From contig NC_086097.1 in assembly GCF_963921235.1 (NCBI RefSeq), forward strand, positions 76,324,001-76,388,000: DNA of 64,000 bases, in the 5' to 3' direction. The notes beneath the pieces were generated by a model. It did no database searches. It was not told the origin of the DNA and saw only the letters and a program-made list of their open reading frames with translations. Made by a program: the position numbers and the translations under genes. The stretch comes from Mobula hypostoma. Taxonomy: Eukaryota. The number at the start of each line of letters is the position of its first letter. Position 1 is the first letter of the stretch. Of the stretch, positions 13,885-26,070 are shown in pieces.

Positions 13885-14686
13885 CCGCACTCAACGTCAG
13901 TAAGATCAAAGAATTGATTGCGGACTTTAGAAAGGGCAAGACAAGGGGACATACACCAGTCCTCAGAGAGAGATCAGAAGTGGAAAGAGTGAGCAACTTT
14001 AATTTCTGGGTGTCAATATCTCTGAGGATCAAACCTCGACCATCATATCGATGCAGCTGCAAAGAAGGCACCACAGCGGCTATATTTCATTAGGAGTTTG
14101 AGGAGATTTGGTTTGTTAAGAAAAACAATCGAAAAATTCTATAGATGTACAGTGGATAGCATTCTGACTGGCTGCATCATCATCTTGTATGGGGATGGGA
14201 GGGGGGTAGCTACTGCACAGGATCAAAGTAAGCTGCAGAGAGTTGTAAACATAGTTAGCTCCATCAAAAGCACTAGCCTCCATAGTATCCAGGACACCTT
14301 CAAGGAGCGATCCCTCAAAAAGGCGGCGTCCATCATTAAGGACATCTATCACCCATGTCTTGCCTTGCTACCATCAGGAAGGAGGTACTGAAGTAAGAAG
14401 GCACACACTCAATGATTCAGGAACAGCTTCTTCCCATCTGCCATCTGATTTCTGAATGGACATTGAACCCATGAACACTACCTTAATACTTTCTTTTGAC
14501 TCCTATTTTTGCACTACTTAATTAATTTAACTCTCTCTCGCTCTCTCTATATATATATATATACATACACACACACATACACATATACCCACTGTAATTT
14601 AGTTTCTTTCTCTATTATTATATATTACTGCCACACAGTCAACTAATTTCATGATATATACCGGCAATATTAAACCTGATTCTGAT
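13885..14686 (+). mobile_element. Rex1/Babar-clade LINE 3' fragment
   Basis: KIKELIADFRK...VERVSNF; FYRCTVDSILTGCIII.YG...LQRVV...LLPSGRRY; 3' tail attaaacctgattctgat. Confidence 0.8.
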
Positions 14687-15689
14687 ATACAATTCTAATC
14701 GAACTACCTTCCCATTCGAAACCCTATTGAAGTGAGGTAACCCAGATATGACCATTGAAATTAATTTGACCACCTGGAATGTTATTTAGAAATGTGACTT
14801 TGTAAATTCTAAAATTTGTATCAAACATCTGACTCTGATAGCAGATAGGAGGGGGAAGGAGCTTATCCCCACTTGCTCTGTTCAGGAGAAAGGGCAGTAT
14901 TAGATCAAAGTGAAAACTGTTGGTCTTCCGATGTTCATGGCAAGAAGTGCTTTAGCTGAAAGGCATACTCTGTCAGCCATAGGGATACTACAGGTGGGGA
15001 AGTATGTTCTGATCAGTTACCAAAAACCAATCATTGGGTCATCAGCAGACTGACCTCAGCAACACTAGTGAAGACACATAGACTTCAGCTCATAGATAAA
15101 AGGGTAGAGGGGAAGGATTTCCTTATGTCATCATGTTAAGATCACTGTAATGGCTCAAACTTGAGTAAGGGAATGTCATTACAAAAATAAAGGATTTGTT
15201 TAATTGTTTTATTTACTAAAACTAGCTAATCAAGATTTCTGCACAGATAGCAAGTAAGTTTCAATGTGTGTGGGAGGAGCTATCCTATAGCCAACTCATA
15301 GGCTGCAATAAGACAGGCACGATCAGAAAATTCACTAACATCGCTTATGTATGGAAATAAACCAAATAACAAAGTTACTACATACTTGATGGACTTTGTT
15401 TACATGCAGCATCACAGCAAGATGTTAGATAAAGGCAGTTATTTTACTTGACAAAAGGCAGTGAGTTGTGGCAGAAGTCATGCCACTCTGCGGATTGGAC
15501 ATGCACAAGTTCATTCTAGCTGCAAGTTAGGGAATTGCTCCAATTACATCATAAGGAATTACTATTACATTAAGCTTTGCAGGACTAATGCAACATTTCC
15601 AGCTACTTAGTTTTACATCTGTCATTACAGACTTAGTAAGGAATTAATTACTCATCATTCATAACAACTGGAACTCAGATAAAACATAC

Positions 15690-15836
15690 CCTGCTTTTGA
15701 CGTCTTTTAACTTTGGAAGAATTTCTAAGCCAAATCCATCTGCTTGGCCACGAGTCCTGTTCCCACCATTCATATGATTTCCAAAGGCTAGGATGAGACC
15801 TAGCACAATCTTCACACTTTCTTGGTCTTTTAAACT
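15690..15836 (-). CDS. FMN1: Formin-1 FH2 'post' exon (147 nt, phase 0->0): [49 protein letters not shown]
   Basis: ttttattcag|AGTTTAAAA...AAAAGCAGG|gtatgt. GNxMN...RGQADGF and LxKLKDVKS FH2 signatures. Confidence 0.95.
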
Positions 15837-16289
15837 CTGAATAAAATATATCTTGGTGAATGAGTGAATCTCCTTTTAAACATTCAAGCAACAGAATCAT
15901 AGCCGGTTAACCAACAATATTGCAATTCTTATTCCTGGTTCGTCGAGGAGCCAAACTGGAACTCTTTGAGAGTACAGATAAACTCAATGGTTGTTAATAA
16001 ACTTTGGAGCAAATTCAACTCATTTTAAACATAATACTAAATATTCTAGTATATATTCACAAAGATGCCATGAAACTATTTAAATGAATCATTTACAGAT
16101 CATTTGTAAAGATAGTTGGAACAAGGTCTGCAGGACAGAAGTTGGTGTGAACCAAGTTAGTTTCTCTGCAATTACAGATTAAAATAAATTTAGATTTGGC
16201 ATTATCAACCTCTTCCCGATATCAATATCAAATAAAATACATCTTAGCAGACTATGAATGGCACTGAGATCATTGTTATTACTTATTAC

Positions 16290-16500
16290 TTAGGCCCTTC
16301 AAGCTACTCTGCCCCAGCAACTTCACAACCCTAATTAACCCCAAACTAATTACTGGACAATTTACAATGACCAATTAAACTACCCAGTATGTCTTTGGAC
16401 TGTGGGAGGAAACCGAAACACCCGGCAAAACCCATGCATTGCACGTGGAGGGCGGACAGAGTCTCCTTAACGAATAGTGTGAGAATTCAACTCCTAACCG
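16290..16500 (-). mobile_element. V-SINE fragment
   Basis: Reverse complement of V-domain: caatttacaatgaccaattaa...gtctttggactgtgggaggaaacc. Confidence 0.75.
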
Positions 16501-16561
16501 CTTGGCTACTGTAGTGCCCAAAACTGATTCTACTAAAGTTGCAATATATGATGAATCAGAC

Positions 16562-16691
16562 CTTGCTTAGGTGGAGAACATTCTCTGCTTTGCGGCGCAC
16601 TGTGGAGATTCCTTCCATGAAGTTAGATTGGAATATGATGCAATTTGCACGTTCAGTAAAGTTAGAAATCTGTGACAATTCATACAAGAAC
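16562..16691 (-). CDS. FMN1: Formin-1 FH2 exon (130 nt, phase 2->0): [43 protein letters not shown]
   Basis: ttccccaaaag|GTTCTTGTAT...CTAAGCAAG|gtctga. Completes PEQFL across the junction. Confidence 0.9.
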
Positions 16692-18682
16692 CTTTTGGGG
16701 AAGAAAACCAAAGTTAATATGAATCAGATTTAACCATTTAATCCATTTCCAATAAACAAACCTATTAATTTGAAATCACTACAAATAAAAATAATGAAAA
16801 TCATATTTTCTTAAAGATATTAACAGAACACTTCTGATTTGACTTCCAGTAGGTTCATTATAAGTCTTAAAAAGCCAAAATAAATGATCCAGCAGGGGAG
16901 AGATGGAGTGATAATTAAACTACAAGGTAACAGCCAGCACTCTAATTAATTCAAGCTGCTCTATTACTTGAACAGGCAGCCAAAAAGTCAAGTTTAATAT
17001 TAGTATTAGCTATTACATTGAGAATTTCATACGCAATCCTGTGTTGTTATTGTGTTGAAACAGCACTAAACTTAACATTGCTGTAAGTGCTTAATGTTAC
17101 ACATACAATTAATTTAGCAGGACAGACTGGAATGGCTAGTCAACCCTTTCACTAAATGGTCCAGGGGTACTCTTGAAATAAATAGAAGCCTTATTTCAAT
17201 ATTCTAGTACATTTCCTGTGGTCTCTGCATATTGTCCCAGCCTGACTTTGTGACCATTTGCAACTCTGGCTTCAGCAGTCCAACTGAAGACCAGTGATAG
17301 CAATCATAAACACAGTTTAGCATCAGATGAATTAGGAGCACAAAAATGTGCTGTCATCCCATTCTCCTGGCCTGCCACCCACTCATCATCCCAATTCTAA
17401 ATTCAGCACTGGCAACACGGTATCGTAGTGGTTAGCATGACATCGTTATAGCACCAGAGACCCAGATTCAGTCCTGCTTATCTGATATAGACTACTTGAT
17501 TCAGTCCATGGGTGACCTGGTCCCAGGATACTATCACTGCACAATGTCAAAATCAAGTCTAGTTTATAGCAAAATATCTTGTAATTTCTGGATTATAGAT
17601 TTTAAAAGATGTCATTTATGAGGACTTGCTGACCTTCATACCAAATATACTCTTATTGAGCTACCTGCTTTTCCTACCTGCTTTGATTTTGCTGTTCTTT
17701 TAGAGAGGCTACGGTCCTTAGGACTAATCACTTCACCCATCTTGCACATTCAGCATGTTGAACACTTACTGGATTTGTGGAAGGGGAATCCAATCAGTCC
17801 CATTGCCTCACCTTGTCCCCAAACCTTGCAAATCCATTCTTTCTAGCTCCCTTTTGAAAGTGACTTACGCTGCAGCTGCCCCAGTCTTCCAAACTTTTAC
17901 AATAATTCAAACGTAGAAAGTGAAATAAAAAATAAAAGCTCCTTGTGGTCAGATGAATAATGTGTAATTTCTAGAGATTTAAGAGCAATACTGTAGGACT
18001 GGCAACTTTATCCACCACAAAATGGATGTATAAGATGATGCCTGGCTGGATCTTTGGAAACTGTTAGAATTCAACTCTAAAGAAGGATCTTAGTGGGGGG
18101 AAAATGAGCAAGTTATGGACAGCTAACTTGAAAGGGTGAAAAATGAATTCACTTGTATGATTTTGATTGTATATATGTTTTAAATACATGTAGTCAACTA
18201 CATCCAGTTTCAAATTATTAAGAACAATGTTTACTTCAATTTTACTAGTTCTTCCAATCTCTTTGAATGTCAGAGATACCGCTTAAAAAACAAAAATACC
18301 TAATTACCTAGCTGCACACCAGGGTGAAGGCGGCCAGTGAGACCCACCACATTTTGAGGCAGGTAAGCCTTGATATTGAGGCCAGCATGCATTCTTTGCT
18401 GCTCGTCTGTTTCATCTGTCACCCTCCTGAAACATTTATATTGCATCTTTTGTCCTTCAGTTGACTTCTCCTGTTAGAGCTCAATGGATTCCAATTTACC
18501 CTTCTTTCAGGCTATTGGTTCCATTGATTTCTGAATATATTTTAGGGCCAACTTTTACATTTTTATTTCTGTCTCCTTTGATCTTTCTCACCATTATTTC
18601 ACCTCTTCTAATAAGCTTCCATCTGGAAGCACTGCTTTTCCCTTCTTCCATTTCAACTAGTACAACAAGAGAAACTCCTTAC

Positions 18683-18771
18683 TGTTCTGGTTTATCCAGT
18701 AACTTTCTCTCTTCCTCTGTTGACTTTTCGTAATATTTGGATATGGTCACCAACTCGTCAGGTTGTGCCCT
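18683..18771 (-). CDS. FMN1: Formin-1 FH2 exon (89 nt, phase 0->2): RAQPDELVTISKYYEKSTEEERKLLDKPEQ
   Basis: cattacag|AGGGCACAA...CCAGAACA|gtaagg. LDKPEQ motif of FMN-family FH2. Confidence 0.93.
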
Positions 18772-20309
18772 CTGTAATGCAGAGAACAATTAAATGTACA
18801 TTCAAAAAATTGCACTATTTCAGCATAGCATTAAAAAAATCAATTAAAGATAAAGATGGCTGATGTTCAAACCTGGAATGTAATCAACATCCTCTCAAAA
18901 CTGTCAGCATTTTCCAGAAGTCATCAATACAAAATATTGATACATATCTGATGATATGATAACATTCTGTATGCTTACTTCTGAACCATGGACCAAACTC
19001 TAGTGATTCCAAAATTATACTTCCAGCCAGAATTTTGTGTGGTGTCATATCAGCTGAACAGCCAGAGATTCAAAAGAGTAATGATATTATAAACTCATTT
19101 GTGTATTGCAATAGCAAAGTCCAAAATCGTTAAATTGGATATTCTTCATGATGTAATGTCCTATAAAAATAGGGATTGTGGCATTACTTCCTTCATCCAA
19201 CTGTCATGTTGATAAAGTAAGTCCTTCTGCTACTGTAGGTTAAAGTACAGTCATGCTTCAAGTTTTCTCTTAATTCACTCTCAAGGACATAATGTATTCT
19301 GGAGACAAGTGGTCTTAGTAGGGCCACTGCTTCTGGGTTGGTAGAAAACAGAGGTTTCTTGCAGGTCTTACAAACAGAGTAAATGCCTTCTGCTGCACCA
19401 ATAGCACATCATCTTTGCATTAATGAAAATCCTTGGAATAACATTCAGGCCTGTAGTTCTCACACTATTCCTCTGTGTGCTGTTGTATCAGGCACATGCA
19501 GAACCCACAAGGAAAGCTATGAACATTGCACAAGTCTTCACTTATTTATGTTTCATTTTTCAACAAAATTGAATCATTCAATGCACCAAAAACATGGTGC
19601 CATGCAAGCCGATTTTTTGGAACAATCTTCCCTCTAGGCCCTAATAGCCATCACAATTTTAATCTATTCCTCATTAACCTACTTAACTACCCATATTATT
19701 TCCATTCTTTATACCATACCATTAGCAAAGGTATACTATATTATTAGTAAAGTTAGATAATCGATGGTCAGCAGAAACATGTGGGCTGAAAGGCCTGCTC
19801 ATGTTTCTATTCAGACTTCATGATATCTTCTTTGTTCTTCTAACATTCACTTTTCCCTCAATCCTAAAACCCTATCACCATGATCCCACTTCCATCTTTC
19901 CTTTTTCTATCTCTGTTTAGTCCATTTCCCTCAGAACTCTTTATAATTACCTTAAGATAAAAACAAAGTAATTATTAAAATAATTTGACTTGGAATGTGA
20001 AAACAAACTATTCTCAGCAAATCTGAGATCCACCACATGAATCCACACAAGATCCAGTTTAATCTCTTCTTTTCCTCTTGTCCCTTTCTCTTAGCTTTAT
20101 AATTCTATTGCTGTGGCAGATTAGAAAAGTTCCAGCCAGAAAACAGTTTCACTGTCCCCTCACCATGTATATTTAGTGTCATTCTCACAGGTTCTTCCTT
20201 GGACCAGATTTCATCATTTGCCTCAATGGTAAAAGAAGAGTAAAGGATGTGTTGGCCAAATACATTGAAGATTGTGATACAATCCAGCTACAGGCTCTCA
20301 TCAGCATCT

Positions 20310-20417
20310 CAAAACATCAACAATTTCTTTCTCTTCCTCAGATGCTGCTCAATGCTGAATTCCTTCAGAAGATTGTTTGTTGCTCCAAGTTCCAGCATCT
20401 GCAGTCTCTTGTGTCCC
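20310..20417 (+). mobile_element. Decayed Penelope-derived short repeat
   Basis: cagatgctgctc...gctgaattcct.cag...ttgctccaagttccagcatctgcagtctcttgtg. Confidence 0.55.
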
Positions 20418-20530
20418 TGTGATACATCCACTCAACAACCACTTTATTAGGTACCTCCTGTGTTATGTTTTGTAACTCCAAAACATAACACTAATTGGAA
20501 GAAAAACAAGGGAGCTGGGAATGTGAGTCC

Positions 20531-21110
20531 AACAAATGCTTTTTGTAGCCAGCTAAGAGTCTTTCAATTCTTGTTTGGGGGATTTTAACCCATTCTTCCT
20601 TGCAAAAGGCTTCTAGTTCTGTGAGATTCTTGGGCTGTCTTGCATGCACTGCTCTTTTGAGGTCTATCCATAGATTCTTGATAATGTTTAGGTCAGGGGA
20701 CTGTGAGGGCCATAGCAAAACCTTCAGCTTGCACCTTTTGAGGTAGTCCATTGTGGATTTTGAGGTATGTTTAGGATCATTATCCTGTTGTAGAAGCCAT
20801 CCTCTTTTCATCTTCGGCTTTTTTTTACAGATGGTGTGATGTTTGCTTCCAGAATTTGCTGGTATTTAATTGAATTCATTTTTCCTTCTACCAGTAAATA
20901 TTCCCCGTGCCATTGGCTGGAACACAAGCCCAAAGCGTGATCGATCCACCCCCTTGCTTAACAGTTGGAGAGGGGTCTTTTCATGAAATTCTGCACCCTT
21001 TTTTCTCCAAACATACCTTTGCTCACTATGGCCAAAAAGTTCTATTTTAACTTCAACAGTCCACAGGACTTGTTTCTAAAATGCATCAGGCTTGTTTAGA
21101 TGTTCCTTTG
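20531..21110 (-). mobile_element. Tc1-family transposase fragment (DD34E region), no TIRs seen
   Basis: QQDNDPKHTSKST...WPSQSPDLNIIKNLW; upstream KIELFG...RYVWRKKG...TVKQGGGS. Confidence 0.9.
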
Positions 21111-21169
21111 AACCTTTTGAATAGAACTCTTTGGCCGCAATGAGCAAAGATATGTTTGGTATATATAAA

Positions 21170-21748
21170 ATTTTATTTCCTGTGGAGCATCAAGAAAGCT
21201 CACCTCTGTCCCAGGATACTGATGGACTATTACCGCTGTACCACTGAGAGCATACTCACCAACTGCATCTCAGTGTGGTATGGCAATTGTCCCGTATCGG
21301 ACTGCAAAGCACTCCAGCGTGTGGTGAAAACTGCCCAGCGGATTATCGGTACCTAATTGCCCACCATTGAGAACATCTACCATAAACACTGCCTGGGCAG
21401 GGCGAAAAGCATTATCAAAGAAGCATCTCACCCTAACCATGGACTTTTAACTCTCCTCCCACCCGACAGGTGCTACAAGAGCCTCTGCTCTCGCACCAGC
21501 AGGCACAGAAAGAGCTTCTTCCTTGAGGCTGTGACCCTGCTGAACCTCACATCACAGCGCTAAGCAGTATTGCACCCATATTGTACTGTCTCAGTACTTC
21601 TATATTTGTGTGCTGTAGCACTTACTTTTTATTTACAGTTATTTTGTAAATAACACTATTCTTTGCATTTCTGGTTAGATGCTAACTGCATTTCATTGGC
21701 TTTGTATCTGTACTCGGCACAATGACAATAAAGTTGAATCTAATCTAA
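21170..21748 (+). mobile_element. Rex1/Babar-clade LINE 3' fragment
   Basis: YRCTTESILTNCISVWYGNC...LQRVVKTAQRIIG; ends aatgacaataaagttgaatctaatctaa. Confidence 0.8.
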
Positions 21749-21752
21749 ATAT

Positions 21753-21798
21753 ACACACACACACACACACACACGCACACACACACACGCACACACAC

Positions 21799-21838
<40 letters not shown>

Positions 21839-21851
21839 ACTCACACACACA
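21753..21851. repeat. (CA)n microsatellite, ~100 bp, interrupted
   Basis: Seen directly in the sequence. Confidence 0.95.
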
Positions 21852-21882
21852 GTATACTATAAAATCAAACTAGCATATAAAC

Positions 21883-22926
21883 CAGGGGTTGGCAACCTTT
21901 TTACCTCTGTGGGCCAGATCACGTATTAATGAGCGGACGGTGGGCCAGATAAATGCCATAAAAAACTTGAGATATGGGAATTATCCATTTAAATACATCT
22001 AGTTATGTTTTGCCTCAAATTAATGAATAATGCATGCTAGAAAATCATTTGTGCTTAACCAAGGATGCCAATTAGTAATCAAAGAACTCAGTTTAGTTGC
22101 AATTTATTTCAATCAAGGCATCTTTTGAATCTAATAAAAGGACACAAAGAATCTTTAAACATAAAACGTATGAACATGATGCATTGAACGGTGGTAAATT
22201 AAGTATAATAAAAAATAAAATTTTAATGCAAACAGTCGATAAATCAGTGTGAAACTTGCTGCTGTTTGTTCCGAAACTAGCCTTCATTCACTCAACTTCA
22301 TCTTTCCTTGCTTGCCCAGTAAACTTGTTCAAATTTCCACTATGGTGTGCCTTGTAATATCCGCTGATATTTGCCACCTTCTTCACAGCAACATTTTCTA
22401 GGTAAATGAGACAAACTGGTTTCCCAGCTTGCTCGATGAAGAAGTAATCTAGTCTTCAAGTGTCTTGGAAATTTCGGCACTCAGTGTCTACCTTCCCGCA
22501 TTTTGCATTCATTCCCATTGGAATTTTTTTCTTTGACTTTATTTCAAAACACGAGTTATTCAACAAGTATCGTAGCACATGCAAATATCTGGATATTTAG
22601 TGTGGATTTCTTGTTAAAACACAGCGATACTGTTTCTGTTTACAAATTTGAACGATCCCATCTGAAAACCTACATGTGTACAGCGAGTATCTAATACATA
22701 TTATTAAGATAGTCTGCCTTCCCGTCATTCATATATACCAGTGTTTCGTTTGGAACAAAATAGAACCTGAGGCCAGTGTAACAAGACGCCATGCATGTCC
22801 ATCAGTGTGGTCGCGTGAAACACTCAGAATAAGGAAAAAAATCACTCGCGGGCCGGATAAGCATAGTATACCAATATTTGCTCATGGGCCGGATTTGGCC
22901 CGCAGGCCGTAGGTTGCCTAGCCCTG
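21883..22926 (-). mobile_element. Internally deleted hAT (Charlie/GTF2IRD2-like) DNA transposon
   Basis: TIRs caggggttggcaacc / ggttgcctagccctg. 8-bp TSD atataaac / aaatagac (6/8, central TA). Minus strand encodes KVDTECRNFQDT*RLDYFFIEQAGKPVCLI.LENVAVKK, a BED-like zinc-finger N-terminus. Confidence 0.8.
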
Positions 22927-23535
22927 AAATAGACACCTACAGCATAGTAGCATAGTAAATTTTAAGTTGTCCCATTTGGGCCTAAAGATTTAATTTGCGT
23001 GAAGGATTTCTTACTCTTGTGGGATAACATCTTTCCTGATAGCGGGGAGGAGGGGGTCACTCTGCTTGGCAGGAGAGACTTATGGTTGTCAAGCAATCTC
23101 AGGTTCTAGGGCTTCCTCCGTAGTGATTGTTGGAGTTGACTCTGGGACTGCAAGAAGTGGTTCTGACAGCTCTGGACCCTTTTTTCCCTGGATGTGTTGG
23201 CATCCTGAACAATGCATGTCAAGCTTCACTGGACGATGTGGATCGTAATGTGTGAGTACAGTGTCTGACATCACAATTTGTTTTTACTTTTGAAAGCCAT
23301 CTCACACCGCTTTGCCCATGGCCATTTCTTCTTGATCTGTAGTAATGAGTTCAAAGGGTGGAGCACCTTCGCCAGATTTGGTAGGAACCTGTTGTAGTAT
23401 TTTACAGATCCTAAAAGGGGCTGCAACTGTGACATGTCCTTTGGCCTTGGGGTATCTGCCACGGGTTGCATTTTCTCAGCACGTGTGTAACCCTTGTGTG
23501 TCGACAGTGTGACCACAGTATGTGATGCTTGGTTT

Positions 23536-25450
23536 AAAGAACATAGAACATAGAAAACCTACAGCACAATATAGGCACCTGGGCCCACATGTTGTGCCGA
23601 ACATATAACCATATAACGATTACAGCATGAAAACAGGCCATCTCGGCCCTTCTAGTCCGTGCTGAACTCTTACTCTCACCTAGTCCCACCGACCTGAACT
23701 CACCCTCCATTTCTTTCCTGTCCATATATCTACCCAATTTAACTTTAAATGACAACATCAAACCTGCCTCAACCACTTCTGCTGGAAGCTCGTTCCACAC
23801 AGCTACCACTCTCTGAGTAAAGAAGTTCCCCCTCATGCTACCCCTAAACTTTTGCCCTTTAACTCTCAACTCATGTCCTCTTGTTTGAATCTCCCCCACT
23901 CTCAATGGAAAAAGCCTATCCACGTCAACTGTATCTATCCTACTCATAATTTTAAATACCTCTATCAAGTCCCCCCCTCAACCTTCTACACTCCAAAGCA
24001 TAAAGACCCAACTTTTTCAACCTTTCTCTGTAACTTAGGAGATGAAACCCAGGCAACATTCTAGTAAATCTCTTCTGTACTCTCTCAATTTTATTGACAT
24101 CCTTCCTATATTTCGGTGACCAGAACTGTACACAGTACTCCACATTTGGCCTTACCAATGCCTTATACAATTTCAACATTACATCCCAACTCCTATACTC
24201 AATGCTCTGATTTATAAAGGCCAGCATACCAAAAGCTTTCTTCACAACCCTATCCACATGAGATTCCACTTTCAGGGAACTATGCACCATTACTCCTAGA
24301 TCCCTCTGTTCTACTGCATTCTTCAATGCCCTACCATTTACCATGTATGTCCTATTTTAATTAGTCCTACCAAAATGTAGCACCTCACATTTATCAGCAT
24401 TAAACTCCATCTGCCATCTTTCAGCCCACTCTTCTAAGTGGTCTAAATCTCTCTGCAAGCTTTGAAGACCTACTTCATTATCCACAACTCCACCTATCTT
24501 AGTATCATCTGCATACTTACTAATCCAATTTACCACACCATCATCCAGATCATTAATATATATGACAAACAACATTGGACCCAGTACAGATCCCTGAGGC
24601 ACACCACTAGACACCGTCCTCCAATCTGACACACAGTTACCCACCACTACTCTCTGGCGTCTCCCATCCAGCCACTGCTGAATCCATTTTACTACTTCGA
24701 TATTAACACCTAACGATTGAATCTTCCTAACTAACCTTCCGTGTGGAACTTTGTCAGAGGCCTTACTGAAGTCCATATAGACAACATCCACCGCTTTACC
24801 CTCTTCAACTTTCCTAGTAACCTCTTCAAAAAATTCAATAAGATTTGTCAAACATGGCCTTCCACACACAAATCCATGTTGACTGTTCCTAATCAGACCC
24901 TGTTTATCCAGATAATTATATATACCATCTCTAAGAATACTTTCCATCAATTTACCCACCAATGACATCAAACTCAGGCTGATAATTGCTAGGTTTACTC
25001 TTAGAACCCTTTTTAAACAATGGAACAACATGAGCAATACGCCAATCCTGCGGCACCATCCTCGTTTCTAATGACATTATAATATTTCTGTCAGAGCCCC
25101 TGCTATTTCCACACTAACTTCCCTCAAGGTCCCAAGGAATATCCTGTCTGGACCTGGAGACTTATCCACTTCTATATTCCATAAAAGTGCCAGTACTTCC
25201 TCTTCTTTAATCATCATACTTTCCATAACTACTCTTCTTGTTTCCCTTACCTTACACAATTCAATATCCTTCTCCTTAGTGAATACCGAAGAAAAGAAAT
25301 TGTTCAAAAACTGTTCCCCACCCCAGAAATTACTAGGCCTACCTATAGCCGTATATTTTACTAAGCTCCATGTACTGGGAATAGGTACAGAGGAGATGTC
25401 AGGGGTAAGTTTCTTACTCAGAGAGTGGTGAGTGCGTGGAGTGGGCTGCC
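23536..25450 (-). mobile_element. Short CR1 of a second subfamily, split by the younger CR1, with an inverted 5' segment
   Basis: Tail (agaacat)n at 23536-23599; 3' region resumes ~25311-25375; plus-strand CR1 segment (gatgtcaggggtaagtttcttactcagagagtggtgagtgcgtgga) ~25376-25450. Confidence 0.55.
23600..25308 (-). mobile_element. CR1 LINE, 5'-truncated ~1.7 kb, relatively young (RT domain, frameshifted)
   Basis: QHGFVCGRPCLTNL...YMDFSKASDKVPH...GVPQGSVLGP.LF..YINDL...KYADDTK; RP..EYCVQFWSP; tail (aaccatat)n. Confidence 0.92.
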
Positions 25451-25715
25451 ATAAGAATTCACACTTGTTGCATTGTGCTCTGAGGCCAAATCTTCCAATC
25501 TTTTTAACACAGTCTTGAGATTTTGGAGATGTTCCTTGTTATCCTCACTGGTAACAATGATGTCATCCAGGTAACACTGAGTGCCTGGGCAGCCTTGCAG
25601 CACCTGGTCCATAGTTATCTGCCAGAGCGAAGGTGCAGATGCTACATGATAAATAACCCCACTATGGTGATAAAGCCCTCTGCGAGTGGTTATGGTGAGG
25701 AACCCTTTGGACTCT

Positions 25716-26070
25716 TGCCATTCTCCTCTGATGTCTCTCATTAACAAGATATTTTTGCCCACATCCAGTGAGTGGCAGTTATGCTTTTTTTTGTTTTCCC
25801 ACACCTTTCTCTCAAAACTCTAGAGACTGTTCTGTGTGAAAATATCTGGCGATCAGCAGATTCTGAGAAACTCAAACCACGCTGTCTGGCACTAGCAATC
25901 ATTCCATAGTCAAAGTCACTTAGATCATATTTCTTCCCCATTCTGATGTTTGGTCTGAACAACAAATGAACCTCTTGACCATATCTACATGCTTTTATGT
26001 ATTGAGTACCACCACATGATTGTCTGATTAGATATTTGCATTAACAAGCAGGTATACCTCATAAAAGTAC
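25716..26070 (-). mobile_element. Tc1-derived non-autonomous element (same family as 33677-34230); other end probably at ~20425-20460
   Basis: MGKKYDLSDFDYGMIASARQRGLSFSESAD (Tc1 HTH N-terminus); TIR-like cactttattaggtacctcctg at 20440-20460. Confidence 0.7.

Larger units (their letters stand above)
20461..25715 (-). mobile_element. Fragmented Gypsy/Ty3 LTR retrotransposon hosting nested insertions
   Basis: RT pieces WQITMDQVLQGCPGTQCYLDDIIVT (25.5-25.7 kb) and KDMSQLQPLLGSVKYYNRFLPNLAKVLHPLNSLL..VLTHYDP.RPVKL (23.2-23.5 kb). Reading KCEFFKPSITYCGH is restored across the CR1 insertion. LTR-like terminus tgttatg at 20461 is inferred. Confidence 0.75.

Noticed and set aside
17410..17480. tRNA-like sequence (also heads at 9708 and 29163)
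   Set aside because: SINE heads; no cloverleaf or acceptor stem, so not tRNA genes.
21679..21873. His/Thr-repeat ORF
   Set aside because: (CA)n microsatellite.
23534..25307. Active or domesticated reverse transcriptase gene
   Set aside because: 5'-truncated and broken into several frames; ordinary dead CR1 copy.
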